A program made the translations under genes and the position numbers. Under the pieces are notes generated by a model, which was given only the letters and a program-made list of their open reading frames with translations, was not told where the DNA came from and did not search any database. Shown here in pieces: positions 11,890 through 24,191 of a DNA stretch of 64,000 bases. This stretch comes from Torpedo marmorata (Eukaryota): assembly GCA_977017645.1 (NCBI GenBank), contig OZ360234.1, positions 40,052,001 to 40,116,000 of the forward strand, given 5' to 3'. Each line of letters begins with the position of its first letter. Positions within the stretch are counted from its first letter, which is position 1.

Positions 11890-12720
11890 TGCCGCCAGTA
11901 ATCAGCCACGATTACCCATATGTTCCACTCCTGCAGCCTGGCTCCAGTCACACCCCCAGTTCCTGATTTATGACCCTATCGATTCCTCCTCATCCCAATG
12001 TAAGGTCAAAATCATAACTCTGGGAGCAGATTGCTCTCCCACTCCCAAATATTATCTACCACCTGCCCTGATCCATTGTAATCATAGCACCCCTGAGCTG
12101 AAGATCCAAATCTGAAATATCTGGCTTCTTTGTTCTCGGTGTGCTTGGACCTGGTCCTCTTCCCAGTCTTACATGCTGTTCTCCCATTCAAAAGCTTGTC
12201 CAGAATAAAGTAAGAGCTTTTCAGTAATGCTCAATTGTTTTGAATTGCTGCATGTTTCAGGTGAAAATACTCTATACTATATTGTTGGGTAGTGAGTTCC
12301 AGGATTTAGAACAATCAACAATAATCAAAGACAGAATCTATCTGTTCAGAATTAAGAAACAATAGAAATATGATTACACCACTGGGACTATACTATTGAC
12401 TGCCAATTAGTGGGAAGGATATTAAACAAAGTTGCATGGAAATTGTAGAGGTGTACAAAAGCCAAAGGAAAATGTGAAGAGGGAACTTCAACTATCCAGA
12501 TATGGAATGGAATGGGTAAATAGGTGGAGAAGTTTCTGCTGTGTGTTCAAGAGAGCTTCTAGGATTAGAATGTTCCTGATCCAAGGAGCAATGATCAGTG
12601 GGGATAATCTTGGAAACATCAATCAAAATATCAGAAGTTTTGAAATAGCGATGGAAAGTGATTGTTGTGAGTGAGGAAACATGTTTGGTGGGTCTCAAAG
12701 GACTCTAGACACACAGTTTT

Positions 12721-13557
12721 GGTAGTAAGGGATTTCATTTACAAAAGGCATCCATCGGAAAATGGTAACAGATGCAACACACACACGCACAATTTACAGC
12801 AGCCGTGGGAAAATCGGATCAGCAATAAAACAACGCGGACAATTAACACGGCAATAAGTAATGCACTCAGTTTAATAGCGATCGTGGGAAAAAGTCAGGT
12901 AAGCAATAAAATACACGCGGATGATTAATAGTGAATGTGGGAAAATTGCGTGGGAACAAAGTACACACACACACATACAACCAAGGGAAAAGTCAATACA
13001 ACACCCTCGACTCTGTGCAGGCACGGCTCTGTTCTATTTAGGGACAATAATTAAACACTCCCAACCCTTTTAAACAGTGCATATCTTACCAACAATTTCT
13101 CCAGCGCCCTTCCTCGGTTCTAGGCCTGGAGTGAAGCAGGGTGGTCCCAAGCTGGCAAAGAGGGAGAACAAACAACACGTGGCACCTTTACAGTGCTGGA
13201 GGGCTTGGGGGGGGGGGGTCCAGCCCAGGTCGTTAGGAAGGGGCCAATGGCTTGGTGCCAGGAAGGTTAATCCAATTACAACAGCCAATGGCCCAAGGCC
13301 AAGTACAGGCAGGCTGGAGAGTCCAGCCCAGGTAATTTACTGGGGGCCAATGGCTCAGTGCCAGCAAGGTTAAGCTGATTGCAAAGGCCAATGGCCCAAG
13401 GCCAAATACAAAGGAATTTAAATTGGCCAACGGCAAGGTGTGGACTAATGGGTGGGGTGGGGTGGGGCGGGGCCAAACCTTGATTGGCAGGTGGTGTGTC
13501 CTCCGATGAGGTAGGGGGCAGTGCTGTCACGTGACAGCCACGACCCTTCCCAATACA
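12721..13557 (-). mobile_element. Probable solo LTR (family unassigned)
   Basis: Minus strand begins TGTATTGGG. Internal tandem CCAAT-box repeats (GCCAATGGCCCAAGGCCAA) and a CCTTGATTGGCAGGTG block shared with 32503-32518. No clear TSD. Confidence 0.45.
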
Positions 13558-13659
13558 GTGAAAAAGAGAGCTCTGAGGCAAAAACAATCAAATGCAGGCA
13601 GTCCAATTTCAAAGGGTTGAGAACAGATAAATTGGGTAAATTGTGATCAAAGCTTTGGA

Positions 13660-15431
13660 GGTACACCTCACGGATGCGTGCTTAGCCCACTGCTCTACTC
13701 TCACTTCAACCATGACTGTGTGGCTAGGCACAATTCAAATGCCATCTACAAATTTGCCAATGACACCACGGTCGTCGGCAGAATCACAGATGGCAATGAG
13801 GAAGCGTAGATGAGTGAGATAGATCAGCTCTATCAGCGCTGCCGCTGGTGCAGACCCACGGGGAGCGTGGGAGCGGAGATACAGCGCTCCCGAGGGGTCC
13901 AACTGCCCAGTCGACTGCCGTCGGTTCCGCACGGGCTTTGAACGGCCCGTTAAAGGAGCCGACGGTGGTTTTATTTAAGATCCCGCGACCACGGGGTCCG
14001 CGCCTAATATGGCAGCGCTTTTTAACCGGCAGCAGCCACGAGGGGCTGCAGACTCCGGGGAAGTGGAGGACTGGAGCAGGGCAGCAGAGGATGGGAAGAT
14101 CACCCCCATCTGAGAAGGAGAAGCGGAGGAGATGACCCATGGGACGGTGACCACGGCGGCGGACCGGTGAGGGGCTCTGAGGCTGAAGGACCAGTGCATG
14201 CGGTGGGCTGCTGGCGACTCGAGGCGAGAAACCCGCAGAGGCTGTGGGCTGCTGGAGACTGCGGGCTGCTGGAGACTGCTGTTGGGGGACTCACGCCGGG
14301 CTGCGGACTGCTGGAGACTGGCTTGAACTGGTTTGAGGAGTACCAGGTATCGGAACCAGGATGCGAGGGGGTGCCGAGGGCGCCCTGAACGTGTTGGAGG
14401 TTCGGATCTGGAGCTCGGGTTGCCGATGGTTTGGACCGGACTCTGTGTGGCTGCGGAGGCTGCGGAAGTGCTGGAGGCGAATCTATGGACACTCGGTGAC
14501 TCTGGGGGGACTCTCTTTTGCTTCTCTTTCTCTGACTGTAAGGAATGTTAGAGGCGCTTAGGCAATTTCTGCCGGAGGCGAATCTGTCTGCCTTGCAGCA
14601 GGCAAAAATAAATTTCATGGAATCTGACACTGTCTTATTACTATGACAATAAATTGAATCTTGAATCTTGAATCATTGAGTTGTGTCACAACAACAACCT
14701 TGCACTCAATGTTAGCAAAACTAAGGAACTGATTGCGGACTTCAGGAAGGGGAAACCAGGAGAACACAAACCAGTCCTTATCGAGGGGTCAGCAGTGGTA
14801 AGTGGAAAGATCTTCAAATTCCTGGGTGTCAATATCTCTGATGATCTATTCTGGGGCCTTCATGTTGATGCAATCATTAAGAAGGCTCGCCAGTGACTAT
14901 ACTTCATTAGGAGTTTGAGGAGATTTGGTATGTCACCAAAGACACTTGCAAATTTCTACAGGTGTACCATGGAGAGCATTCTGACTGGTTGCATCACTGT
15001 CTGGTATGGAGGGGCCAATGCACAGGACAGGAAAAGGCTACAGAAAGTTGTGAACCCGGCCAGTGCCATCAGTGGCCATTAGTCTTCACTCTATTAAGGT
15101 CATCTACAAGAGGCAATGTCTAAAGAAAGCAGCTTCTATTATCAAGGGCCCTTACCACCCAGGCCATGCCTTCTTCTCATTGCTACCATCAGGAAGGAGG
15201 TACAGGATCCTGAAAACCCCATGGTACAAAAACAGCTCTTCCCCTCTGCCATCAGAATTCTGAATGGAACATGAACCACAGGCCCTACCTCACCTTTTCT
15301 CTTCTTTTGCATTAATTTATTTTTAAAATGTAATTTATAGCAATTTTTGCACCTGTAGTGCACAATAATGCTGCCGCAAAACAACAAATTTCGTGACACA
15401 TGTTAATGACAATAACCTAATTCTGTTTCTG
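13660..15431 (+). mobile_element. Rex1/Babar-type LINE fragment with nested insertion
   Basis: QGCVLSPLLYS, KFANDTT, then CHNNNLALNVSKTKELIADFR and LLPSGRRYR. The reading frame resumes after the 13830-14674 insert. Confidence 0.82.
13830..14674 (+). mobile_element. Non-coding CpG-rich retroelement with Rex-type (TTGAATC)n tail
   Basis: Cleanly interrupts the Rex RT. Ends ATGACAATAAA(TTGAATC)3. A similar 3' end occurs at ~41175-41272. Confidence 0.55.
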
Positions 15432-18189
15432 AGACAAATCTGCAATGAAATTGTCGTAGAACTGTAATGGGAGATCTTTCAAGTGAATTTGGACAAACAT
15501 GGGTATTTGAGCCACAATATGCTTCGAAACCCAGCTCTGTTAATATTGGTACAGTTATCACATTTCCTGCTGCACACAGCTACAATCGAGGTGTTTCAGC
15601 TCATTTACATTCCCACCTGTCACTTGCATGCTTTCACATAAACTGTTCTCTGAGCAAATAATTGGATACCCACTCAAAGTAAAAGACATGTGACACACAA
15701 GTGCCTGCTACTGAAGTCTGAGATGTCAGAACCAAGTTGTAGAAATGTCTGCAAAGAACTTACATATGAAATACTGCTCCGACTGCTGACAGGCACTTAT
15801 GTTTGATTTTTTTTAAGTTAGATCCTTGAAACTTAAAAAATATAGACATGCTTTTCAAAATCTACTTTTATGAGCATTTCTTTTGAAATATGCATTATTA
15901 GTCAATTATACTTTAAATCAGCTGACCTCATTGAAGTTTTTTAGTACTTTATCTTGTTAGGAATGTGATTAACACTGATATGTGTGATAAAGTTTTTTTC
16001 TCTAATGGCATTGTAACTGATTATTAATTAATAAGAAAAGAGTTGGCAGTATCTTGAATCCCTTCAATGAAAAAAATTAACTTTTAAATAAATATAGATA
16101 GGTTATTAAAACTTACATGTTCACTGATATTCTATATAATTCCTCATAATCTGCAGACTCTACAAAAATGTACATAAATTGGGCAGAAATCTGTTTCTGT
16201 GTGTCATCATTTTTTATTGCATCATTTAAATTTAATTTTTACCTTTTATTTCTTAATTGCTGCAAGAACATTAAAGTTTAATATTATACAATCTTTCTGA
16301 TTATTTTTTAATTGAAGCATTGCAGCACTTGCGGCTATCCTGATGTGAAATGTACAATCTCTACTTTGCTAAAATGTTTATTTCAGTTTCAGATGTTTTT
16401 TTGCAAACAGATGGGACTTCCATGTGCTGAACCAAGCAATTAGTGTGTATTAAAATCTTATTGGATTTGTGATATTCCCAAATGTCTCAGTGTGGATGAG
16501 GTGTCAATATGGGAAATGGGTCGATGCCCTTTTAATAATACTCCCAGAAATACATTTGGTAAAATGAGTTGTGTAACCAATATGCTGAGCCTTAGATAAC
16601 AGTTAAAGAGGAGTACCTGCATCAAATTAATTGACATGAGGCCAATGATTAATAATATATTTTTGTAAACATCAGGGAATGGCACAAAAGACAAAAAGGG
16701 CCATTTAAAAAAATTTTTCAAGAGTTAGTGGAACAGAAATAATTTTGCTCATAACACACCATTCAATAAGATTTCAACTGCTGCTTATGAAAGTCATCAT
16801 CAGATTGTTCGATTCATTATAATATCGAAGACAGTTGACATTAATTATTTAAATATTATAATAATTACATACTCCACATCCAATTAAATGTTGGCAGAGT
16901 ACTTTGTTTCCATTAATCTATTGAAATCTATATTTGAAACGCAGGCAAATATTTTATAACTGCAATTATCCGTTTCATATAGCATATTCAGCATAGTACC
17001 AAACAAAAACACTTAACGGGAATATTATTGAACACATATTCTTGAAGTTGATTTATCATTTAAAATTGTCAAACCTTATTTAATCACATAAAGTTTAAAA
17101 TTCTAAAGGAGAACAATTGTATCTGAGTTGGTCAGATATGAATTAACCAATTTCAACCCGACCCAACACTAGTTCCATGGCCTCCAGGTTACAGCTCTTT
17201 AAATTCACATCCAAAAACTGCTCTAATGTCATGCATGTTTATGTTGGTAACTGGGAATTTAGACAGCGGCTTCCAGTTCACAGATGGTCCAAGTTGGGAG
17301 GGTAATTAGAATTGCAGTGCCAAGTCCAGATGTAACAAGGGAAAGGTTAAGGATAACAGAGGCAGAAGAGCTGATGCGGAGTCTTTTGAGTCAGGCAATG
17401 CAGAGGGAGGTGGAAATACGGGATTTTCACCAATGACATGAATGTATCACCCACAATAGATCTCAGGATCAGATAACATGCCAAAGTTCAGTCTCAGTCA
17501 CAGCAACAGAATGGAATAGCTGGGTGTAAAGAGATTTTGATAGTGACTAAATTTAATGGCTTCATTTTTCCGAAAAGCAAGATGAAAGACATACTTTTCC
17601 AGCACTGAATGTCAGATAAGAAGTCTAACGGTTTGGAGGAGATAAAAGATTCAATAGAGATGCCGATGAGCTGGACATGTTCACCAGGCATACAGAATCA
17701 AAGGAAGTAGTTTTGGATGATGGTACCAAGGAACAGCAGGTAAAGAAGTAGGTGGAGCAGAGATAGATCTTTGGGAGTCAATGTGAAGTAATGTTGCAGG
17801 TGTGGGAATGTAAGGTATTGCACCAACTGCATTCGATGAATTTAAAATGTTACCTGAAAAGAGCCTACAATGATGATGCAAGATTCACCAGCATTTCAAG
17901 GCCCCATGGCCGGTGCATCTCACATGTCATTACATTTGTATTTTTCACATATGTGGGTGTGAATCAGATATCCTGATTATTCAAATAGTCTTCATAGATA
18001 ATTCTAGAAGTGGACACCTCATGGCAAAGCACAAAACTACAACTATTTCCCACCAGTTATGCAGGGAAATACCCCTAAACAACCAGCATCTGTTTAGCTC
18101 AATCACTGAGGGATCTGGATTTCTAATTCTGGAAGGTTATGTCTGCTATAGTAACCTTTCCATCGCTGAGCTGGTCGTTAAACTCACTA

Positions 18190-20740
18190 AGTGAAACACG
18201 AAAGTCTGCAGACGCTGTGATTGTAGTAAAAACACACAAAAATGCAAGAGGAACTCAGCGGGTCTCGCAGCGTCACTAGGAGATAAAGATATCTTGCCGA
18301 CGTTTCGGTCCTGAGCCCTTTTTCAAGGATTAAGCAAAGAATAAGCAAAAAACAGGAAATCTCAGAATACAGACAGTGCTGGCTGGGGGAGGAGTCCAGA
18401 CCAACAAAAGGGGTTAATTGGATATGATAAGGGGAGTTGTGAGAATTGATTTTCTCTGTGTGAAAGGAGACTTTAAACCTTCTTCCTCCTCCTGGACACC
18501 TCGTTTTGGTCTTCTGCCTGCTTTTGACCTTTATATTTCCAATTACCGCCGAGTCATCAACTGTATCGACTTCACTACTCCCCTCACTCATTCCAATCTC
18601 ACCCCCTCGGAACATCTAGCCCTCCACTCTCTCTGCACTAATCCAAACCTCACCATCAAACCCGCAGACAAGGGTGGCACTGTTGTGGTCTGGCGCACTG
18701 ACATCTATCTGGCTGAAGCCAGATGACAACTCTCAGACACCTCCTCTTACTTACCCCTCCAACAGGACCCCACTAAAACTCATCAAACCACTGTATCATG
18801 CACCATCTCTGAACTCGTCATTTCCGGTCATCTCTATAGCATTGCCTCCAACCTTATTGTTTCATGACCCCGCACCACCCGTTTCTACCTCCTACCTAAG
18901 ATCCACAAACCCAATTCTCCCAGCAGACCAATCGTGTCAGTGTGCTCCTGCTTACATCAACACTGTTTTGTCCCCCCTGGTCCAGTCCCTCCCCACCTAC
19001 ATCCGGGACACTTCACATGCCATCCATCACTTCAAAAACTTCCAGTTCCCTGAACTCGATTGCCTCATGTTTATCATGGATATCCAATCCCTGTACACCT
19101 CCATCCCCCATACCGAAGGCCTCAAAGCCCTTTGTTTCTTTCTGGACAATAGACCCAACCAGTCCCCTCCACCATCACCCTCCTCCGGCTGGCAGAACTT
19201 GTCCTCACCCTCATAACTTCTCCTTTGACTCATCCTACTTTCTCCAGGTCAAAAGGGTAGCCATGGGTATCCACATGGGCCCCAGCTATGCCTGCCTTTT
19301 TGTTGGCTACGTGAAGCAATCCATGCTACAAGCCTACACAGGCAAGGCCCCTCAATTCTTCCTGCTCAACATCGACGACTACTTTGATGCTGCCTCATGT
19401 ACCCATGATGAGCTCATTGACTTCTTCCACTTTGATGCCAACTTCCACCCAGACCTCAAATTCACTTGGTCCATCTCTAGCAACACTCTTCCTTTCCTCG
19501 ATCTCTCTGTCTCCATCTCGGGAGACAAACTCTCAACAAACATCTTCTACAGACCCACCTATGCCCACAGCTACCTCGACTACACCTCTTCACACCCTGT
19601 CCCCTGTAAGGATTCCAATCCATTCTCTTAATTCCTCCGTCTCCGTTGCATCTACACCCAAAACGAGGACTTCCATGCCATATCATCAGAGATGTCCTCC
19701 TTCTTCACATAACGTGGCTTTCCCTCTACCACCATCAACTTGGCCCTCACCCACATATCCTCCATTACCCACACATCTGCCCTGGCCCTCTCTGCCCCCA
19801 TGCGCAACAAGGACAGGATTCCTCTTGTCCTCAACTACCACCCCACCAGCCTCCACATCCAACACATCCTCCCCCACCATTTCCGCCACCTACTACGTGA
19901 TCCTACCACTGGACACATATTCCCTTCTCCTTCCCTCTCCACCTTCCGCAGGGACCGCTCCCTCCTTGACTCCCTTGTCCACTCCTCCCTCCCCACCAAT
20001 CGCCCCTTCGTACCTACCCCTGTGACTGCAGGAGAAGCTCCACTTTCACCCACACCTCCTCCCTCACCTCCATTCGGGGCCCCAAACAGTCCTTCCAATT
20101 GAAGCACATTTCACTTGTGAATCTGCAGGGGTCATTTACTGCATCCAGTGCTCCCGTTGTGGTCTCCTCTACATTGGAGAGATTAGGTGCCGAGTGGGAG
20201 AGTGCTTTTTTGAGTATCTTGGCTCTGTCCGCCACAATAGTGTGGATCTCCCAGTGGCCATCCATTTCAATTCCCCATCCCATTCCCTTGCTGTCATGTC
20301 TGTCCATGGTCTCATGCACTGCCAGACTGAGACCACCTGTAAATTGGAGGAACAACACCTCATCTTCCATCTGTGCACCCTCCAACCGGATGGAATTAAC
20401 ATCAACTTCTCTGACTTTCGTTAAACACCCCCTCTCCCCATTTCTTTCCCCTGTCACCTTCCCCCTGCTCTGTCTCTCTCCCTTTTCCCTCTGTCTCCTT
20501 TCACACAGACAAAATCAATTCTAATCTCTCCCCTAATCATATCCAATTAACCCCTTTTGTTGGTCTGGACTCCTCCCCCAGCCAGTACTGTCTCTATTCT
20601 GAGATTTCCTGTTTTATGCTAATTCTTTGCTTATTCCTTGAAGAAGGGCTCAGGACTGAAACGTCGGCAATATATCTTTGACTCCAATAGACGCTGAAAA
20701 ACCGGCTGAGTTCCTCCAGCATTTTGCTGTGATTTTACTT
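18190..20740 (+). mobile_element. Penelope-like element (RT + GIY-YIG, decayed) with inverted 5' pseudo-LTR
   Basis: IKPADKGG, YLLPKIHK, MDIQSLYTSIPH, AMG..MGPSYACLF, IDD, KLEEQHLIF motifs. 18190-18465 is an inverted copy of the 3' end. TSD TAAACTCACTA / TAAAATCACTA. Confidence 0.88.
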
Positions 20741-22142
20741 TAAAATCACTAGTTTACCTTGAATTTTCCTAATCTGTGCAACTCAGCTATTATTATCAAC
20801 TTAATTATCATGGATTAATTTTTTTAAATTCTATTACAAGTACCAGTACTTATTCAAGATTCCCAGTTGCACACAACCACTATTATTCCTTTATGCATTT
20901 TTTAATAGGTCATTCAACCCATATATTTCCAACTTTCTTCCAAATAAAATGAGTAAAGAGACTTCAGAATAATCAAATGTCATCTTTTGGTTAGTTGGAA
21001 AGTGCTTTTAAAAAATATTTTTAACATTAGGATATTTTCAAAGATGACTCCTTTAATATTTAGGGCAACTAGTGTGTACAATAAGTAAAACACGAACATC
21101 TGTGGACACCGTGGTTGAAGTAAAAAACACAAATGCTGGAGAAACTCAGCAGGTCAAACAGTGTCTTTTATGTAGCAAAGGTAGAAATACATAACCAACG
21201 TTTCGGGCTTGAGCCCTTCATCAAAGTATGAGAAAATGCCGGCAGGCGTCCGAACAAAGGAGTGAGGGGGGAAGGGGGATGGCAAAAGCAGGAGATGATA
21301 GGTGGAGAAAGGAGGGAGGGGACAGCAGCAAAGAGGGGGAGGAGGGATGGCAAGGGAGCTGGAGAAAAACAGGAAGGACAGGTGAGGGGGGAGGGGAAGG
21401 GAACGACAAGCAGGTTTAGTGGAAAGCAGAAAAGTCAATGTTAATGCCATCTGGCAGGAGAGTGCCGAGACGGAATATGAGATGTTGTTCCTCCAATTTG
21501 CGGGTAGTCTGGGTGGGATAGTACATGAGGCCATGGACAAACATGTGAGTGTGGGAGTGTGACCCGGAATTGAAATGGATGGCTACTGGGAGGTCGCTGT
21601 TGTTGCGGACGGAGAGGAGTTGCTCAGCAAAGCGGTCTCCCAATCTACGACCAGTCTCTCCAATGTATAGAAAGCCACAAAGGGAGCACCGGATGCAGTA
21701 AATAAGTTCTCTGGATGTACAAGTGAAGTGTAGTTTCACTTGGAAGGCCAGTTTGGGGCCCTTGACCGTGGTGAGGGGGAAGGTGTGGGCGCAGGTGTTG
21801 CACCTCCTGCGGGTACAGGGGAAGGTTCCGGGGGTGTGATGGGTGGGGAGGGATGAGTGCACGAGTGAATTGCGGAGGGAGCGGTCCCTACGGAAGGCCG
21901 AGAGGGGAGGAGAAGGAAAAATGTGTCTGGTGGTGGGATCCTGTAGTAAGTGCCGGAAATTCCGGCGGATAATGTGTTGGATGCGGAGGCTGGTGGGGTG
22001 GTAGGCACTTCGCTTCTTCCTGGACCAAAGACCCGACCAGTCACCCTCTACCACCACCCTCCTCCGCCTGGCAGAACTTGTCTTCACTCTCAATAACTTC
22101 TCCTTCAACTCATCCCACTTCCTCCAAATCAAAGGAGTAGCC

Positions 22143-23303
22143 ATGGGTACCCGCATGGGTCCCAGCTACGCCTGCCTGTTTGTGGGCTTTGTGGAGCAAT
22201 CCATGCTGCAAGCATACACAGGCAAGACCCCTCATCTCTTCCTCCAGTATATCGACGACTACATCGGGGCTGCCTCATGCACCCGCGATGAGCTTGTCAA
22301 CTTCATCCACTTCGCATCCAACTTTCCCCACGATCTCAAACTCACCTGGTCCATCTCCGATAACACTCTCCCCTTCCTGGATCTCTCTGTCTCCATCTCG
22401 GGAGACAAGCTTTCCACCGACATTTACTACAAACCCTCCAACTCCCACAACTATCTGGACTACACATCCTCACACCCTGTCCCCTGCAAGGACTCCATCC
22501 CCTTCTCTCAATTTCTCCGCCTCCGCCGCATCTGTTCCCAAGATGAGGTGTTCCACTCCAGATCTTCTGAAATGTCTGCCTTTTTCCACAAACGTGGCTT
22601 CCCCTCCACCACCATCAACTCAGCCCTCACCCGCATCTCCTCCATTTCCTGCTCATCTGCCCTGGCCCCCTCTGCCCCCAGACGCAACAAACATAGAATC
22701 CCCCTCATCTTCACCTACCACCCCACCAGCCTCCGCATCCAACACATTATCCGCCGGAATTTCCGGCACTTACTACAGGATCCCACCACCAGACACATGT
22801 TTCCTTCTCCTCCCCTCTCGGCCTTCCGTAGGGACTGCTCCCTCCGCGATTCACTCGTGCACTCATCCCTCCCCACCCATCGCACCCCCGGAACCTTCCC
22901 CTGTACCCGCAGGAGGTGCAACACCTGCGCCCACACCTCCCCCCTCACCACGGTCCAGGGCCCCAAACAGGCCTTCCAAGTGAAACTACACTTCACTTTT
23001 ACATCCAGAGAACTTATTTACTGCATCCGGTGCTCCCTTTGTGGCTTTCTATACTTTGGAGAGACCGGTCGTAGATTGGGAGACCGCTTTGCTGAGCACC
23101 TCCTCTCCGTCCGCAACAACAGCGACCTCCCAGTAGCCAACCATTTTAATTCCGGGTCACACTCCCACACTCACATGTCTGTCCATGGCCTCATGTACTA
23201 TCCCACCCAGACTACCCGCAAATTGGAGGAACAACATCTCATATTCCGTCTCGGCACTCTCCAGCCAGATGGCATTAACATTGACTTTTCTGCTTTCCAC
23301 TAA
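22143..23303 (+). CDS. 5'-truncated Penelope-like RT C-terminus, thumb and GIY-YIG endonuclease (uninterrupted 386 aa)
   Basis: MGTRMGPSYACLF, YIDD, LPFLD, C..C...C, LIYCIRC..CG.LY.GETGR...DRF.EH, KLEEQHLIFRLGTLQPDGIN. Confidence 0.88.
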   Translation: MGTRMGPSYACLFVGFVEQSMLQAYTGKTPHLFLQYIDDYIGAASCTRDELVNFIHFASNFPHDLKLTWSISDNTLPFLDLSVSISGDKLSTDIYYKPSNSHNYLDYTSSHPVPCKDSIPFSQFLRLRRICSQDEVFHSRSSEMSAFFHKRGFPSTTINSALTRISSISCSSALAPSAPRRNKHRIPLIFTYHPTSLRIQHIIRRNFRHLLQDPTTRHMFPSPPLSAFRRDCSLRDSLVHSSLPTHRTPGTFPCTRRRCNTCAHTSPLTTVQGPKQAFQVKLHFTFTSRELIYCIRCSLCGFLYFGETGRRLGDRFAEHLLSVRNNSDLPVANHFNSGSHSHTHMSVHGLMYYPTQTTRKLEEQHLIFRLGTLQPDGINIDFSAFH

Positions 23304-23488
23304 ACCTGCTTGTCGTTCCCTTCCCCTCCCCCCTCACCTGTCCTTCCTGTTTTTCTCCAGCTACCAAGCCATCCCTCCTCCCCCTCTTTGCTGCTGTCCC
23401 CTCCCTCCTTTCTCCACCTATCATCTCCTGCCTTTGCCATCCCCCTTCCCCCCTCACTCCTTTGTTCGGACGCCTGCCGGCATTTTCT

Positions 23489-23529
23489 CATACTTTGATG
23501 AAGGGCTCAAGCCCGAAACGTCGGTTATG
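23489..23529 (+). ncRNA. Minimal type I hammerhead-like motif in PLE pseudo-LTR
   Basis: CATACT-TTGATGA-A-GGGC TCAA GCCC-GAAAC-GTC-GGTTATG. Core with C3U, stem II GGGC/GCCC, loopless palindromic ACGT stem III. Confidence 0.6.
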
Positions 23530-24191
23530 TATTTCTACCTTTGCTACATAAAAGACACTGTTTGACCTGCTGAGTTTCTCCAGCATTTGTGTTTTTTAGT
23601 GTGTACAATAGTTCTCATCTTACATCACAGCTGAAGAGACTGAAGTGTATTTGTATCTTTCTGTGAGTTAATCAGGCTCATTGACTGTGATTTTAACTTC
23701 AAATGTAATTGAACCAGCAGTCATATAATTCATGCTATGTTTCCAGTTTGATCACACAGAATGCCACATGCCAATGGCATTAGAAGTCAATTTATACCTG
23801 GGAAAACATGAATCCTTTAACATTTCAAACTTTCAACCAAACTTTCCCAGGAGCTCCCAGACAGGCCAAGATAAAGCAAAACCAATTCTTTTATATTGGC
23901 CAGACTGAGCTCCAAAGTGGGTGGTAACTCTATGGAGAACTGACATCCATCTATCTTTTGATATTCAACACATTGTCAACTTTGTGCACTGCAATGTCAG
24001 AAGAGGAGAGATTCTGGAGATTAGAAGCCAGTGCATCTGAGCCCCTGCCTGCTCCACCACAGGTCTCAGATCTGTGTCTTGCAGAATTACTTTGGGAAAA
24101 CCAAATCTATGCTTTTATTAAAAGTATATAACATATATATGTAATAGACTAGCATAGGTTAACACAAACAGGTCAAAGATGTTGAATTTTT

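Larger units (their letters stand above)
21084..23596 (+). mobile_element. Young Penelope-like insertion with ~890-bp inverted arms
   Basis: Perfect 14-bp TSD TAGTGTGTACAATA at 21070-21083 and 23597-23610. 21120-22004 is the near-identical reverse complement of ~22715-23596. Confidence 0.93.

Noticed and set aside
21416-22156. 246-aa minus-strand ORF as a stand-alone GIY-YIG nuclease gene
   Set aside because: It is the inverted arm of the PLE insertion; its N-terminus is antisense RT sequence read across the inversion junction.
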